From Flectonema sp. DT1601 (Eukaryota): DNA of 64,000 bases. A model generated the notes under the pieces. That model was not told the DNA's origin, ran no database searches, and saw only the letters and a list, made by a program, of their open reading frames with translations. Positions 48,492-60,300 of the stretch are shown here, in pieces. Positions within the stretch are counted from its first letter, which is position 1; every line of letters starts with the position of its first letter. The position numbers and the translations under genes were made by a program. The DNA lies in contig OZ025800.1 in the NCBI GenBank assembly GCA_964019425.1, forward strand, positions 310,001 to 374,000, in the 5' to 3' direction.

Positions 48492-49960
48492 TCAACATGA
48501 CTCTGCTGTTTGAAGGTGTTGAAGAAGATTTAGTTTTGCCTTTACAGCTGCTACAGCATTCATAGCATCCTGTTGTTGTTTTAATAATAAATTTGGATCG
48601 TTTCCAGAATCTGCAGAGAGGGCGTGCTGATCAAAGTTACGATCTAATTTCTTAACCATCATACGCAATGGTTGAATAGCATCAGTCGGAGGTGTTGGTT
48701 TCTTTAGAGGATGTCCATCTGGTCCTCTGGCTATACACTTCCTAGCTTCTGTCATGTATCTATTTCCTTCATCGCGACGACGCTTAAACTGAACCTGAGC
48801 AGCATCAGGTACTGGAGGAGAAGGCTCTAACTCAGTCTTTTCTTTTTTCTTCATAGCAAGTACCTTTTGAAGATAACCATTTCCTATTTTCTTTGTCATT
48901 TCTGTTGGTCGTATCTCTGCTTTCTCCGGAGACTTTGGCGGCATCGGCTTCCTCTTCAACGGAGATATTGGAGGCAGCTGTTCACTTACTCTCTTACCGT
49001 AGTCTCGCTTGCGTTCCTCTCGAAGTCTCTTTTCTGCCAGTTCTCTTTCCTGTTCTTGTTTACGGTTGCGCTCCTCGTCGAGGAATTGCTTTCGTTTTCC
49101 GTTGTAGCGTTTTGTCTGCTTGGAGTTCTCCTCTTTATGTTCCTGTTTAGTTGCTTTGTTTTGTTTGTGTTGTGTACTCAGGGGAGGGTACTGTGTTACA
49201 ATAATGCGTACCTGAAGCTCTGCAACACGTCGCTCCTCACGGGCCCGCTGAAGTTGAATGTAGTTGCGTTCATGCTCGTCTAGGGCGCTCTGTTTTTTTA
49301 TTTTCATTTTTTTTGGGGGGAAAACATTTTGATAACAATCAGAAAAAAGAAAACAAACTATACCTTGGTAGCAGGCTCTTTCATTTCCTTAAGTTTGCGG
49401 AGATGCTCTCGTTGTTTTTCTAATTCAGGTATGACTACGCAACGCTTGTAACGTTCTTCAATTGCAAGATGCGTTGGAAGACTTGGGTCGAGATCTGACT
49501 TTAATCCATGCATGCGTTCAGCACGTTTACGCTCAGTTTCTACCTTCCTCTTTCGAAGTTCAGTTTCTTGTTCCTCTCGTCGTTTTACTTTTTCAATAGA
49601 GTCAGCTTGCTGCTTTGCATCAAGGTCTGCACGTTCCATCTTTGCTCTGACTTGCAGTTCTTCGAGCCTCGCAGCGCGATATTCTTTTATGCGTCTATCG
49701 TCTTCCTTACGGCACTTCACGACGTCCGCAAATTGATCGTGGACGTTGCGTTCTACTTCCCTGCTTACCTTTATATTATTTCTTCTTCTTGGACTTCTAA
49801 GTGGTGCAAGTGGTCTTGATGGATAAAGACCATCACTACCGCTACTGCTTGCACCATTTGAAGATCCAACTCGCACTCTCTTACCTGCTGCCAGAAGTGT
49901 CGCAAACGAGCTGCTTTCCTCTAACAGTTCGCTGATTGTGTGCAGTCCTGGAAGGCTCAT
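48492..49960 (-). CDS. Hypothetical charged coiled-coil protein (3 exons)
   Basis: Intron 49290-49363 joins ATK|SALDE. Intron 49143-49211 (69 nt, in frame, no stop) joins ELQ|EHKEE. Confidence 0.75.
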
Positions 49961-50613
49961 TGTTTTTTTGGTTTTTTTTTTTAAAAACGATTTGTTTATA
50001 AGTGCGGAATGAACCCCCAGGGGGTGTTGTCTATAAAAAAGAAATAAAGGCGATTATTAACAAAATCCCAAACAGTGGAATCGATACATGAATCTACAAG
50101 CTCCGTCAAGGATTTCTAAGAGTAATTTAGCGGTGGCGAAAAGAAGAAAAAAAAAGAAAAAATACGTTGAATACATTTCAATGCATATTGAAAATGCATC
50201 AGCGCAGTTCGATCTAAAAAATGGAAGAAAAAAAAAAAAAAGAAAGGGACTAAAAAAAAAAGGCAATTTAAATAACATAAAAAACAAAATGAAAGACTCC
50301 CACACAGAGTATCTCCGGAGGGTACAAAGCAACATCTAAGAACTTTTTTTTTTTTTTTTTCCCCTCATTCTAATTTGTTAGGTTGAAGGGACTTAAAAAG
50401 AAAAGTGTTAACTATCGAGGGCAAAAATAAAAAAAGAAAAGAAGGAAAAAGAAGAGATAATCATAATCTCCAAATCTATATAAAATAAAGCATGCGATCA
50501 CTTAACAAAGACTGCAAAAGAAAAAGTAGAAAAGGGGAAGGGGGGGGAAGCTCATATTTTACAATATTTGAAAACCTATATAACGACCATTCTCATAACA
50601 TAACGATGCTGGA

Positions 50614-53600
50614 CTAGGAGGAGGAACTTTCAATTAATTGCTGGGAAACAATTTCTTGTTCTTTAGTTTCCTCCGTTGGCTTGTCGGTGATCTCCTTTAC
50701 AATTTCTTCAACGATCGGCTCAGGAGTGTCAGGTTTTAGTCTTTTTGTTTGGTGTTGGCTTAGTTCTTCTTCGTCATCTGCACTCTCAAGGAACTCCTTT
50801 TTGAGGATGTTTGCGACTGTCGAAGCACGTGCGTGTCTAAGCTCCTGCTTGCGACCAAATTCTTCGAGTTCATTGCGATATTGGTTTGCGATTCCTTCTA
50901 CTCTCACGTTTTCTTCGTGGAGGCGGTCGATCTTGTCATTGGCTTCAGAGATAGTATTCTTTAATGTTGTTCTCAATTCAGTAAGTTCATTATTCTTTGA
51001 ATCAACCTTTTCCTTTAACTTCGTAATGACTGATTTATCCTTTACAAGAGAAGCTTCAAGAACGTCTCCACGTTGCTCAAGTTCGTCTTCCATGTCGTCG
51101 AGTTCCTTGTTTTTGGTTTCTATTTCCATGATGAGCTTCTTTACCTGTTTGGAGCGCTTTTCAGATTCGTTCTTCCAGTCGTTGCATTCTTCTTCTAAGG
51201 AAGTTATTCTTTCTTTTGATGTTGTCACAGAGAGTTGGATTTCTTCGAGTGAGTTTTCAACCTTTGTGCACTTAGTTTTGAGATTCTTCACTTGTTTCTT
51301 TGAATCTTTTAGGGAACTGTTGTCATTCTTGCGCTTCTGTGTGAGTTCCTCAACTTCTTCAGTCTTATTCAACAAATCAGTTTCCAAAACTGTTATCTTG
51401 TCAAGAAGTTCTGTTTGTCCCTCGCGAATGTGTTGCGCATTCTTCTTTTCCATCTTCTTAAGCTCTGTACCTGCTTGTTCAGTTGCCTTCTTAGTTGCTT
51501 CCAACTCGTCTGCGCAGGCAGACAACTTCGATTCCAGTTGGTCAATCTTCCCCTCAGCCTTCTTTCTTGCTGTTTGATGACGTGTTGTTTCAGCAGTGAG
51601 TTCTTTGTGTTGCTTTTGAATAGTTTTAATGGTCTTGTTCGACTTCACTAATTCCGCCTCCTGATCTTTAGCAACACGTGCCTTGGAAGCAAGGGACTCG
51701 TTCTGTTGAGCGAGCCCGACCATTTCTGTTTTGAGTTAATTAGATTGACTTCAACATGACAAGAGAGTGAAGTTAAGTAAAAGAGTACACAACAATTGAT
51801 TACATACCCTTCTTTGATTCTTCCAAAGCCTTGGCTGACTCAGCTGCCTGCGCAGTAACGACTTCTAACTTTCCAGTAGTCTCATGAGATTCAGCGACAG
51901 CCTGTTGAAGCTTCTCTTGGACCAGACTGAGTTCCTTCTTCGATGCGACTTCAGTCTTTTTGCATTCGTTCTCCATGTTGCTGAGAGCTGTTTGTTTGTG
52001 TGTTGTTATTATGTTCTTACGGGTACACTGGGTTATAGTTATTCACAAAAACATACATTTCTTGCCTTCCTCAATCTCGCCACAGAGACGGGAGTTTTCG
52101 CGATGAAGTGGTTCCAACTCACCTTTGAGAGTTTGAATGGCAGACTCACGTTCTTGTAAAACTCTGTTTACCTTTAGCGCGGAATTCTGAAACTGCATTG
52201 CCTGGTCGTTCTTGTCCTTCAAAACGGAGTCGCGTTCGGATGTAATTTCGTTGAGCTGCAGCTGAAGTTTCTCCTGAACTAGACTGAATTCCTTCTCCGA
52301 TGCGACTTGCGTTTTTTTGCACTCTTTCTCCTTGTTGTTGAGAGCTGTTTGCATGTTTATGTGTTGTTATTTTTTCCCATGTTCTTTATGGGTACACTGA
52401 GTTAGTCACAAACGCACAAAACATACATTTCTTGCCTTCCTCAATCTCGCCACAGAGACGGGAGTTTTCGCGCTGAAGTGGTTCCAGCTTACCTTTGAGA
52501 CCTTGAATGGCAGACTCACGTTCTTGTAAAACTTTGTTTACTTGCAGTGCAGAATTCTGAAATTGCATTGCCTGGTCGTTTTTATCCTTCAGAATGGTGT
52601 CGCGTTCGGATGTAATTTCGTTGAGCTGCAGCTGAAGTTTCTCCTGAATCAGACTGAATTCTTTCTTCGATGCGACTTTTGTTTTTTTGCACTCGTTCTC
52701 CATGTTGCTGAGAGCTGTTTGTGTGTGTTGTTATTGTTTTTTTGCCATCGGGTATATCGAGTTATAGTTATTCACAAAAACATACATTTCTTGCCTTCCT
52801 CAATCTCGCCACGGAGACGGGTGTTTTCGCGCTGAAGTGGTTCCAACTTACCTTTGAGAGTTTGAATGGCAGACTCACGTTCTTGTAAAACTTTGTTTAC
52901 CTGCAGTGCGGAATTCTGAAATTGCATTGCCTGGTCGTTTTTGTCCTTCAAAACAGAGTCGCGTTCGGATGTAATTTCGTTGAGCTGCAGTTGCTGCTTC
53001 TCCCGGACTAAACTGATTTCCTTCTTCGATGCGACTTCTGTCTTTTTGCGCTCGTTCTCCATGTTGCTGAGAGCTGTTTGTTTGTGTGTTGTTATTATAT
53101 TCTTACGGGTACACTGGGTTATAGTTATTCACAAAAACATACATTTCTTGCCCTCCTCAATCTCGCCACGGAGACGGGTGCTTTCGCGCTGAAGTGGTTC
53201 CAACTTACCTTTGAGAGTTTGAATGGCAGACTCACGTTCTTGTAAAACTTTGTTTACTTGCAGTGCAGAATTCTGAAATTGCATTGCCTGGTTATTTTTG
53301 TCCTTCAAAACAGAGTCGCGTTCGGATGTAATTTCGTTGAGCTGCAGTTGATGCTTCTCCCGGACTAGACTGATTTCCTTCTTCGATGCGACTACTGTCT
53401 TTTTGCGCTCGTTCTCCATGTTGCTGAGAGCTGTTTGTTTGTGTGTTGTTATTATATTCTTACGGGTACACTGGGTTATAGTTATTCACAAAAACATACA
53501 TTTCTTGCCTTCCTCAATCTCGCCACGGAGACGGGTGCTTTCGCGCTGAAGTGGTTCCAACTTACCTTTGAGAGTTTGAATGGCAGACTCACGTTCTTGC

Positions 53601-55075
53601 AAAACTTTGTTTACTTGCAGTGCCGATTCTTGAAATTGCATTGCCTGGTCGTTTTTGTCCTTCAGAATGGAGTCGCGTTCGGATGTAATTTCGTTGAATT
53701 GATGTGTGACGGACTCGATAGCAGTATCCTTGTGGTGAACGGATTCAAGTAATAATTGGTTCTGCTTTTGTAGATTTTGGATGAGTTCCTGTGACTCAGT
53801 TAGTTTGATCGATGTCTTTTCTTGGGATTCGGTTTTTGCTGCTACTTCTTGAGTAAGCTCCGTAATACGATTTGTGAACCTATCAAACTCAGATTCGTAA
53901 CGTTCTAGTTCCTCTGATAAGTTGTAGTTCAGTTCCAGAAGTTCTTCTTTTTCATTAAAGATCTCTTCTGCCTTAGCAAGTTCATCAGATTGAACAGTAA
54001 GAGTCATAGCCTTACTGTGGCATTCCTTCTGAAGTTGTGTTACCTTCTCTTCAAGGTCTGTTACTCGACCCTGCATTTGAGAATTCGATTCCAACATTGA
54101 TTCACAATTCTTTTTATGACGTGCACCACTCTCATTAGCTGCCTCAAGTTGTAAGACCATGCTTTGCTTTGCCTGCTTCAGTTCTGTTTCAACAGATGCT
54201 TTTTCCTCAGTGAGTGCCATGTTTCCTTTTTTAATATTCGTGATCTCAGTCAGTAGATCATTTCTCTTTAATGAGATTCTCTCCAACTCCTGCGTCTGAT
54301 CTATGAAAGAGGCGTCGAGCTTTTCATGTGCTTCACGTTGTTCGGTTTCACGTTGAAGAGCTGCCTCGATCTCTGAAACGAGTGCGGATGCGCGTTCAGA
54401 CTTTTCTTCGAGTTCTGCCTGTCCGTCTGCCAGATCCTGAACGTGTTTGTTAGTAATTTCAATAACCTCATCTTTTGCTGATTGAAGTTGTGCTTCTGCG
54501 TTATCAGTTTTCGATTGTAATATTTCTCTTTCGTTAATTTCCTTCTCAAGATCTGCAGAGAGTTGCTGCATCTCTGCTTGCATTTCTTCAGAAGCCTGAG
54601 TCAGGTGTTGAATAAGTTCTCGACTGTCGCCTTCTTTCTTTACGAGTTTATTCTGAAGAGTCGCAACTTTCTGAGATAAGACGTCCATTCTCTTTGCAGA
54701 TTCTGTTCTAACTTCTCTTGATCTTGCAAGAGCTCCACTTTTAGCTCCTTTAATCACTTCAAGGTTTCGTTTTTCTTTGAATAGTTTAACGCAGTCGTCT
54801 TCCTTCTTACGAAGCCGTCCTCTGGTCTCTTCGAGTTCTGACTTACAGTCTTCAAGAACTTGTGCGACTCTGTTCATCTTTACTTTAAGACCTTGGTAGT
54901 CACTTTTAGTGACGTAGTTCTCTTTATCCATTGTGTTTACATTTCGAGGTCCTAGAGTTCCTCTGGGAGTTAGAGGACCTATACCACCACCAGGTGTTGA
55001 TGGAATCATACTATGACGCATGTGACGGATCGAGTTCCTCACTGGGGTGTTGTTAAGATTCTGATCCATGTCCAT
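50614..55075 (-). CDS. ~1339-aa coiled-coil protein, 7 exons, including four duplicated 288-nt exons
   Basis: Introns 53431-53499, 53074-53142, 52715-52785, 52345-52426, 51988-52056 and 51726-51807 are all phase 1 with GTATGT...ACAG ends. The joined CDS is 4020 nt and open. Confidence 0.85.
51930..53700. repeat. Tandem exon+intron cassette repeat, period ~357-370 bp, about 5 copies
   Basis: The intron GTATGTTTT(T)GTG...AAACAG and a 96-codon exon recur. Boundaries approximate. Confidence 0.9.
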
Positions 55076-55769
55076 GAAAATATGGAAGGGGGGGGACCTA
55101 GTAACAAAAAATGAAAATCATATTAGGATACGTGCACCACGTTATTCGTTAGGTTCTGTTACCTACCCAGTCCAACGTATCATCTCATCCTGCTTGAAAA
55201 GCAAAAAAAAAAAAAATATAATAAAGTTAACCACTAACAATCAATAACTAATCACAAAGCAATTAATTTGTATCAAAATCACAAAAAGTGACAAAGTCAC
55301 TTTTCATCGCCTAATAAAAAAAAGTTCCCAGAAGTAACGTAATGACTAATAACGATAAAAAAAAGAAAAATAAAAAAATTTAAAAAAAAAAAGAATAGAG
55401 CAACAGGTCTCTGTGGGTATTGTCTGACATCTGGATAGCGACAACATATGGAGGACAGTTGCTAATAACAAGAAACGTTCGCGCACATCAAGAACAGTAC
55501 AGAATAAGGAATAGATGAACAACTTTCTACCCCTCAGTGAAAAGAGAAAAAAAAGGAAGAAAGAAGAAGACCCATGACACTATTACCAACAGGGAGATAA
55601 AGCTTGTTTGCGATAATACGTGTCGTGTTCTGGTATTTTTAACAAAAATAAAAAATGAAACTTTTTTTTGTTTTTGTTTTTTTGTTATTTTTTGCTCACC
55701 GTATATCAATAACGGGGATACCTTCGGATTTGATGATTCTCAAAAGTAGATCTTAATTTCTGTTTTTCC

Positions 55770-55803
<34 letters not shown>

Positions 55804-57364
55804 AAGCTTTTCGTAGAAAAAGCCAAAGTCAATTATTCCACAGAAACATTGTTCTCAGCAATTCATTCCTAAATTTAATTTGTGTGTGTTTTGTTTGTTT
55901 TTGTTTTTGTTTTTTTTTTGTGCCTACAAACTCATTGTTTGGTAGAAAAGAGAATCGTAGATATATTACTAAACTTTCCTTTATTTAAGTGAGTAAAAAA
56001 AGTAAAAATTGAAGTTAAATGTTTCTTTTTTCCCCTCTTTACATAAAAAGAGGGAGAAAAATAGGGAAAAACTCCGTAATTCCACAAAAATGGTTTCCTC
56101 ATCACAAAAATATATAACCACCCAAAACAATCCACATGACAGAAGACATTTCAAAGATTTTCAAGAAATTTTAAAATAAAAAGTGAATCCTTGAAGTTCG
56201 TACTGGTCTGTTAAAAAAAAGAAAAAAAGAATGCTGAGAAGAAAAAACAAAAACACTACAAGAGAACTAACGCAACAAAAAAGACAAAACTAAACAAAAA
56301 TGACCATCACATCAAGTGGACAGGGTTGGGAGGAAAATGGTAAACTCTTTCTCAACATCAACTATCAAGCAAAAGGGGAAGGGAAAAAAAAAAAACAGAT
56401 CGCTGCTTATAACATAACAAGGGATCGATTATTTCGGATCATTTTTATTGGTTCTTATCCCGAGAAGGAATACTTTAAGGTAAGGCTCCAAAACCGACAC
56501 TTCCTCCTGAGGATGAGTTGCTACCGAGGCGACACATCACTATTCTTACATAACTTTTGTGAATCAACGTAAAGCTAAACTTGCTTTTGATTGTAGCCAC
56601 TAATAAAAAGAAATTAAAGAAATGACTAACTTGCACATTAAACCACGGAAGGGTAAACTGTTTGATTTGGTTTATACGAATATAAATCTCTTGTATTGTA
56701 TCAAAGCTCAATAATAAAATTAAAAAACTCATGACACAGTGACTAACCACCACAGAGGGGGTTAACTGTTCGAGTTTGTACGTAAAATACAAATGTTTTG
56801 TATCATAAACAACATAACGACAATTTAACATTAGTTCTGAGATACAGTGACTAAAGGTAATGTTAGTGTAGGTATACACTCTGCGATTGACGTAAATACT
56901 TTACATTATAATAAATGGTTCTTACTTAGCTGCATACACCACAGAGGGGGGTGAAACTTTGACAATGTAAAAACAGTAACAACTTTAGGTTTGAAAACAA
57001 AGTTAATATCAAGTACTTGACCGCAAAACATTTGTAGTTGTTAATCAAAGAAAAGGTGTGTTTAGAAAAAAGAAAAAAAGGAGGGGAGAAGAAAAAAAAA
57101 AAAAGAAAAGAGAATTACAAATTTGGCTAGAGTTTTCGTATGTACGTAAAATCAATCACGGGTTAGCTGAAATTAATCGCTTGGATAAAATAAATAAATA
57201 AATAAAAAAACAAACAAAGGGAAGATGTGATGAATTTACGTGTTTGCCAAGTTCTAAAATAAAATTTAGAAAAAAAAAAAAGAAGAAAAAAAAAACACCA
57301 AAACATAAACAGATTCGTAGCTTTTAGTTAAAGATGCTTAAGAAAGAAATAGTTGATTAGTTGG

Positions 57365-60300
57365 TTAGTATTTCCTACGATTTGGTTTTGAAGGTTTCGA
57401 AGTAAAGTCTTGAAGCAACAGATCCCTATCACCATTAGTAGGGAATGAATTATTTGCTGAACCAGATGCGTATGGAGAAGAGTACGGAGGAGTTGACCCG
57501 CTCCTTGCGGATCCACCCAACGACATTGGTCGAGTTCCTGGCGGTGGTGGTGCTAAAGGAACATCATTATCAATTGGTAAGTTATGAGGAACTGGTGCTG
57601 GACCTGATGATGATCTGTTGTACTTCTTCTCCCTGTCAGCAAGTAATTTCGCGTAACCAGGAGCAACACTTGATACCCAATCATTATTATTATTGCCGTT
57701 GTTGTTACTACTGGTAGTCTTTGCAGGTCTCGGTGCCATAATCGGTGTATTTTGTTCACTGATTTCAGACCCAGGCAGCGACAGCGAATCAGACGCTCCC
57801 CTTCCTGTGATACTTTTTTTAAAAGATCTGACAGACTTACCATCTTGAGATGACCATCCATTCACATGACTATTTGAATCCATCGCGTCATCATCTTGTG
57901 GGATATCTGGAACTGGTGCGACCATAGCCATTTCTTCAGCAGTGCTCTGTGTTGGTTTGTTTTATATTCACATTTATCTCTTTCATTCAATTTAAAAACA
58001 ATAACAATAAACATACCCTGTCTGATTCATCATCTTCTACAACAGCTGATTTTTTAAGAGCAACAGCACCACCCTGTTTGTGTATTGTTTCTACTCACAT
58101 ATGTACACTAGACTATTCACGAATATTGTAAGAAGATGATAAATAGTATTATTGCAATTACTTTCAGTTAATAAGTTTGTTATCACTCGCGCGATTGAGG
58201 GTGTGATGACGGGAATGGGTATGGGGGAGAGGAGTAGTTAGCGCGTCAAACCTTTTACCAAAAAAGTTATCATCATAAAGCAATTGATTAGTTAAGAGGG
58301 ACGTATCACACGTATTTTATATTATATTAATAGAATACATACCTCACCAGGAAGCCATCTCTTTGCCATGTCAGGAATCATCAAATCACGACCGTAGTTA
58401 ACTTTTTCAGTGTCGTATGCGAAGGTGAGTCCGTGAAGGGATTGTTGTCGCTCATACTCAGACTTTGATATTCTAACATAATGATAATACACGCAGAGAG
58501 ATGACACACAAACGATCAAAGCCATACAAAGCATAACCGCGATAAAGGATTTACCAAATGTTGTTCCTGCCTTAACCTTAACTGGCGGATCAACAGATTC
58601 TGTCCAGTACCCAATTGGTTTTTCGATCTTTTTAACGTGAGGAGAGATTCCAAACTTTTCAACATCAACTACTGGAATATGAGTTTGTTCAATGCTATTA
58701 GAATACCAACCTTTATCACCACTCATAAGTGGATCACTGTATCCCAAATCTGTGACTAAGGACTTGTAGGGAGGATAAACATTCGGCATACAAAACTTTA
58801 ACTCATTTGACTTTTTAGGATCAATTGCAGGTGGTTCGAATCCTGTGAGGTACGTACAGTGATCGTTTTCGTAAGTGACGCAATGACCCCAGCAGTCAGG
58901 ACCTCCTTCTTTGTGACTGCAGTCAGGAAATTTCATAGCAAGCCACATTTTCTGAACTGTTTGACGAATTGGCGCCTCTAAATTGGCTGCTGGGCCTTTC
59001 ATAAGTTCTGTTGGTCGTCCGTGCTTCCCAAAAGACTCAAGTGAAGGACACATTCCTTCTTCAGCCTGTTCTGCAGTTGGAACACCAGTCCTGTCAACAC
59101 CCCATAACATTTGTCTAATAATGTCTTCGTTATAAACATCTTCGAAAGGTGACTGGCACTCAAAACCAGTTCCTTTGCAGTCGACTAATGCTTCGCATAT
59201 ATTACCAAGTTGCATTTCTTTACATCCTTTACCTTCACATGTAAGATCGAAAGTAGCATAAGAGTACACTGAATCAGCGCATTCTTTCATTCTGAAGTTG
59301 ATCGAACTATCGGATCCAAAGACTCCGTTTTTAGCAAATCCAACGTATCCAAGTCTGAGATATCTGTTTTAGTGTTGTTTTTGACATTGCTTGTCATTGT
59401 TTGTTTGTTTGTTTGTTTGTTTGTTTGTTTGTTTGTTTGTTTGTTTGTTTGTTTGTTTGTTTGTTTGTTTGTTTGTTTGTTTGTTTGTTTGTTTGTTTGT
59501 TTGTTTGTTTGTTTGTTTGTTTGTTTGTTTGTTTGTTTGTTTGTTTGTTTGTTTGTTTGTTTGTTTGTTTGTTTGTTTGTTTGTTTGTTTGTTTGTTTGT
59601 TTGTTTGTTTGTTTGTTTGTTTGTTTGTTTGTTTGTTTGTTTGTTTGTTTGTTTGTTTGTTTGTTTGTTTGTTTGTTTGTTTGTTTGTTTGTTTGTTTGT
59701 TTGTTTGTTTGTTTGTTTGTTTGTTTGTTTGCGGGTAAACAGTAAACCATACTTATTGTTAATCCAGCTTCCAAGAGTATGATCGCTCCCAAAATTAGTG
59801 ACTTGCCATGAATTAAATATTTCAAAAGAAGTGCTATTTGAAGTATTGAAACCTGCCTTGTAAGGAAACACGTCGTTTAGCAGATTAGAATTTCCTAATG
59901 CTTCGTCGGGATAGTAGGCAACTTTATCTTCCCATGTTTTTGCATATAACCAAGGTTCAGGTCTCCAAACAGCTTGAGATATTAAGAAGGAGTCTTTCGG
60001 GTACGGATTAGCCCCTGGAGCATTTGATCGGCGACATTCCCAAGTAGCGTAGTTGTTCTTTCCAAAGAATTCTAATAACTGGTCAGCATATGGAGCGTGG
60101 ATTCGAATAGCGAAGTCAGTACCCTGAAAGAACTGAAGAACATTATCGCATTGCAAAGATGCGATGTGAACCTCATCAATTGGGGCTTTTAGTTTTGGGA
60201 ATTTAGGCCAGTGATCTCTCACTGTGAACGGATCTTCTCCATCAGCAGCCATCTCACCGTTCCAAAACACAAAAGGGTCGTATAAACTTTTCCATTTATG

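Noticed and set aside
50681..51577. 298-aa plus-strand ORF, also 17031-17675 (+) and other plus-strand ORFs
   Set aside because: Antisense shadows of real minus-strand coiled-coil or repeat genes, with Ser/Phe/Leu-biased composition and no domain.
51930..53700. Regularly spaced repeats as a CRISPR array or mobile element
   Set aside because: The units are full exon+intron duplications without unique spacers, terminal repeats or transposase/cas genes.
59372..59825. ORFs encoding (FVCL)n and (KQTN)n, including the tail of the 858-aa ORF
   Set aside because: These are translations of an intronic microsatellite. Splicing 59364-59752 restores the real frame.
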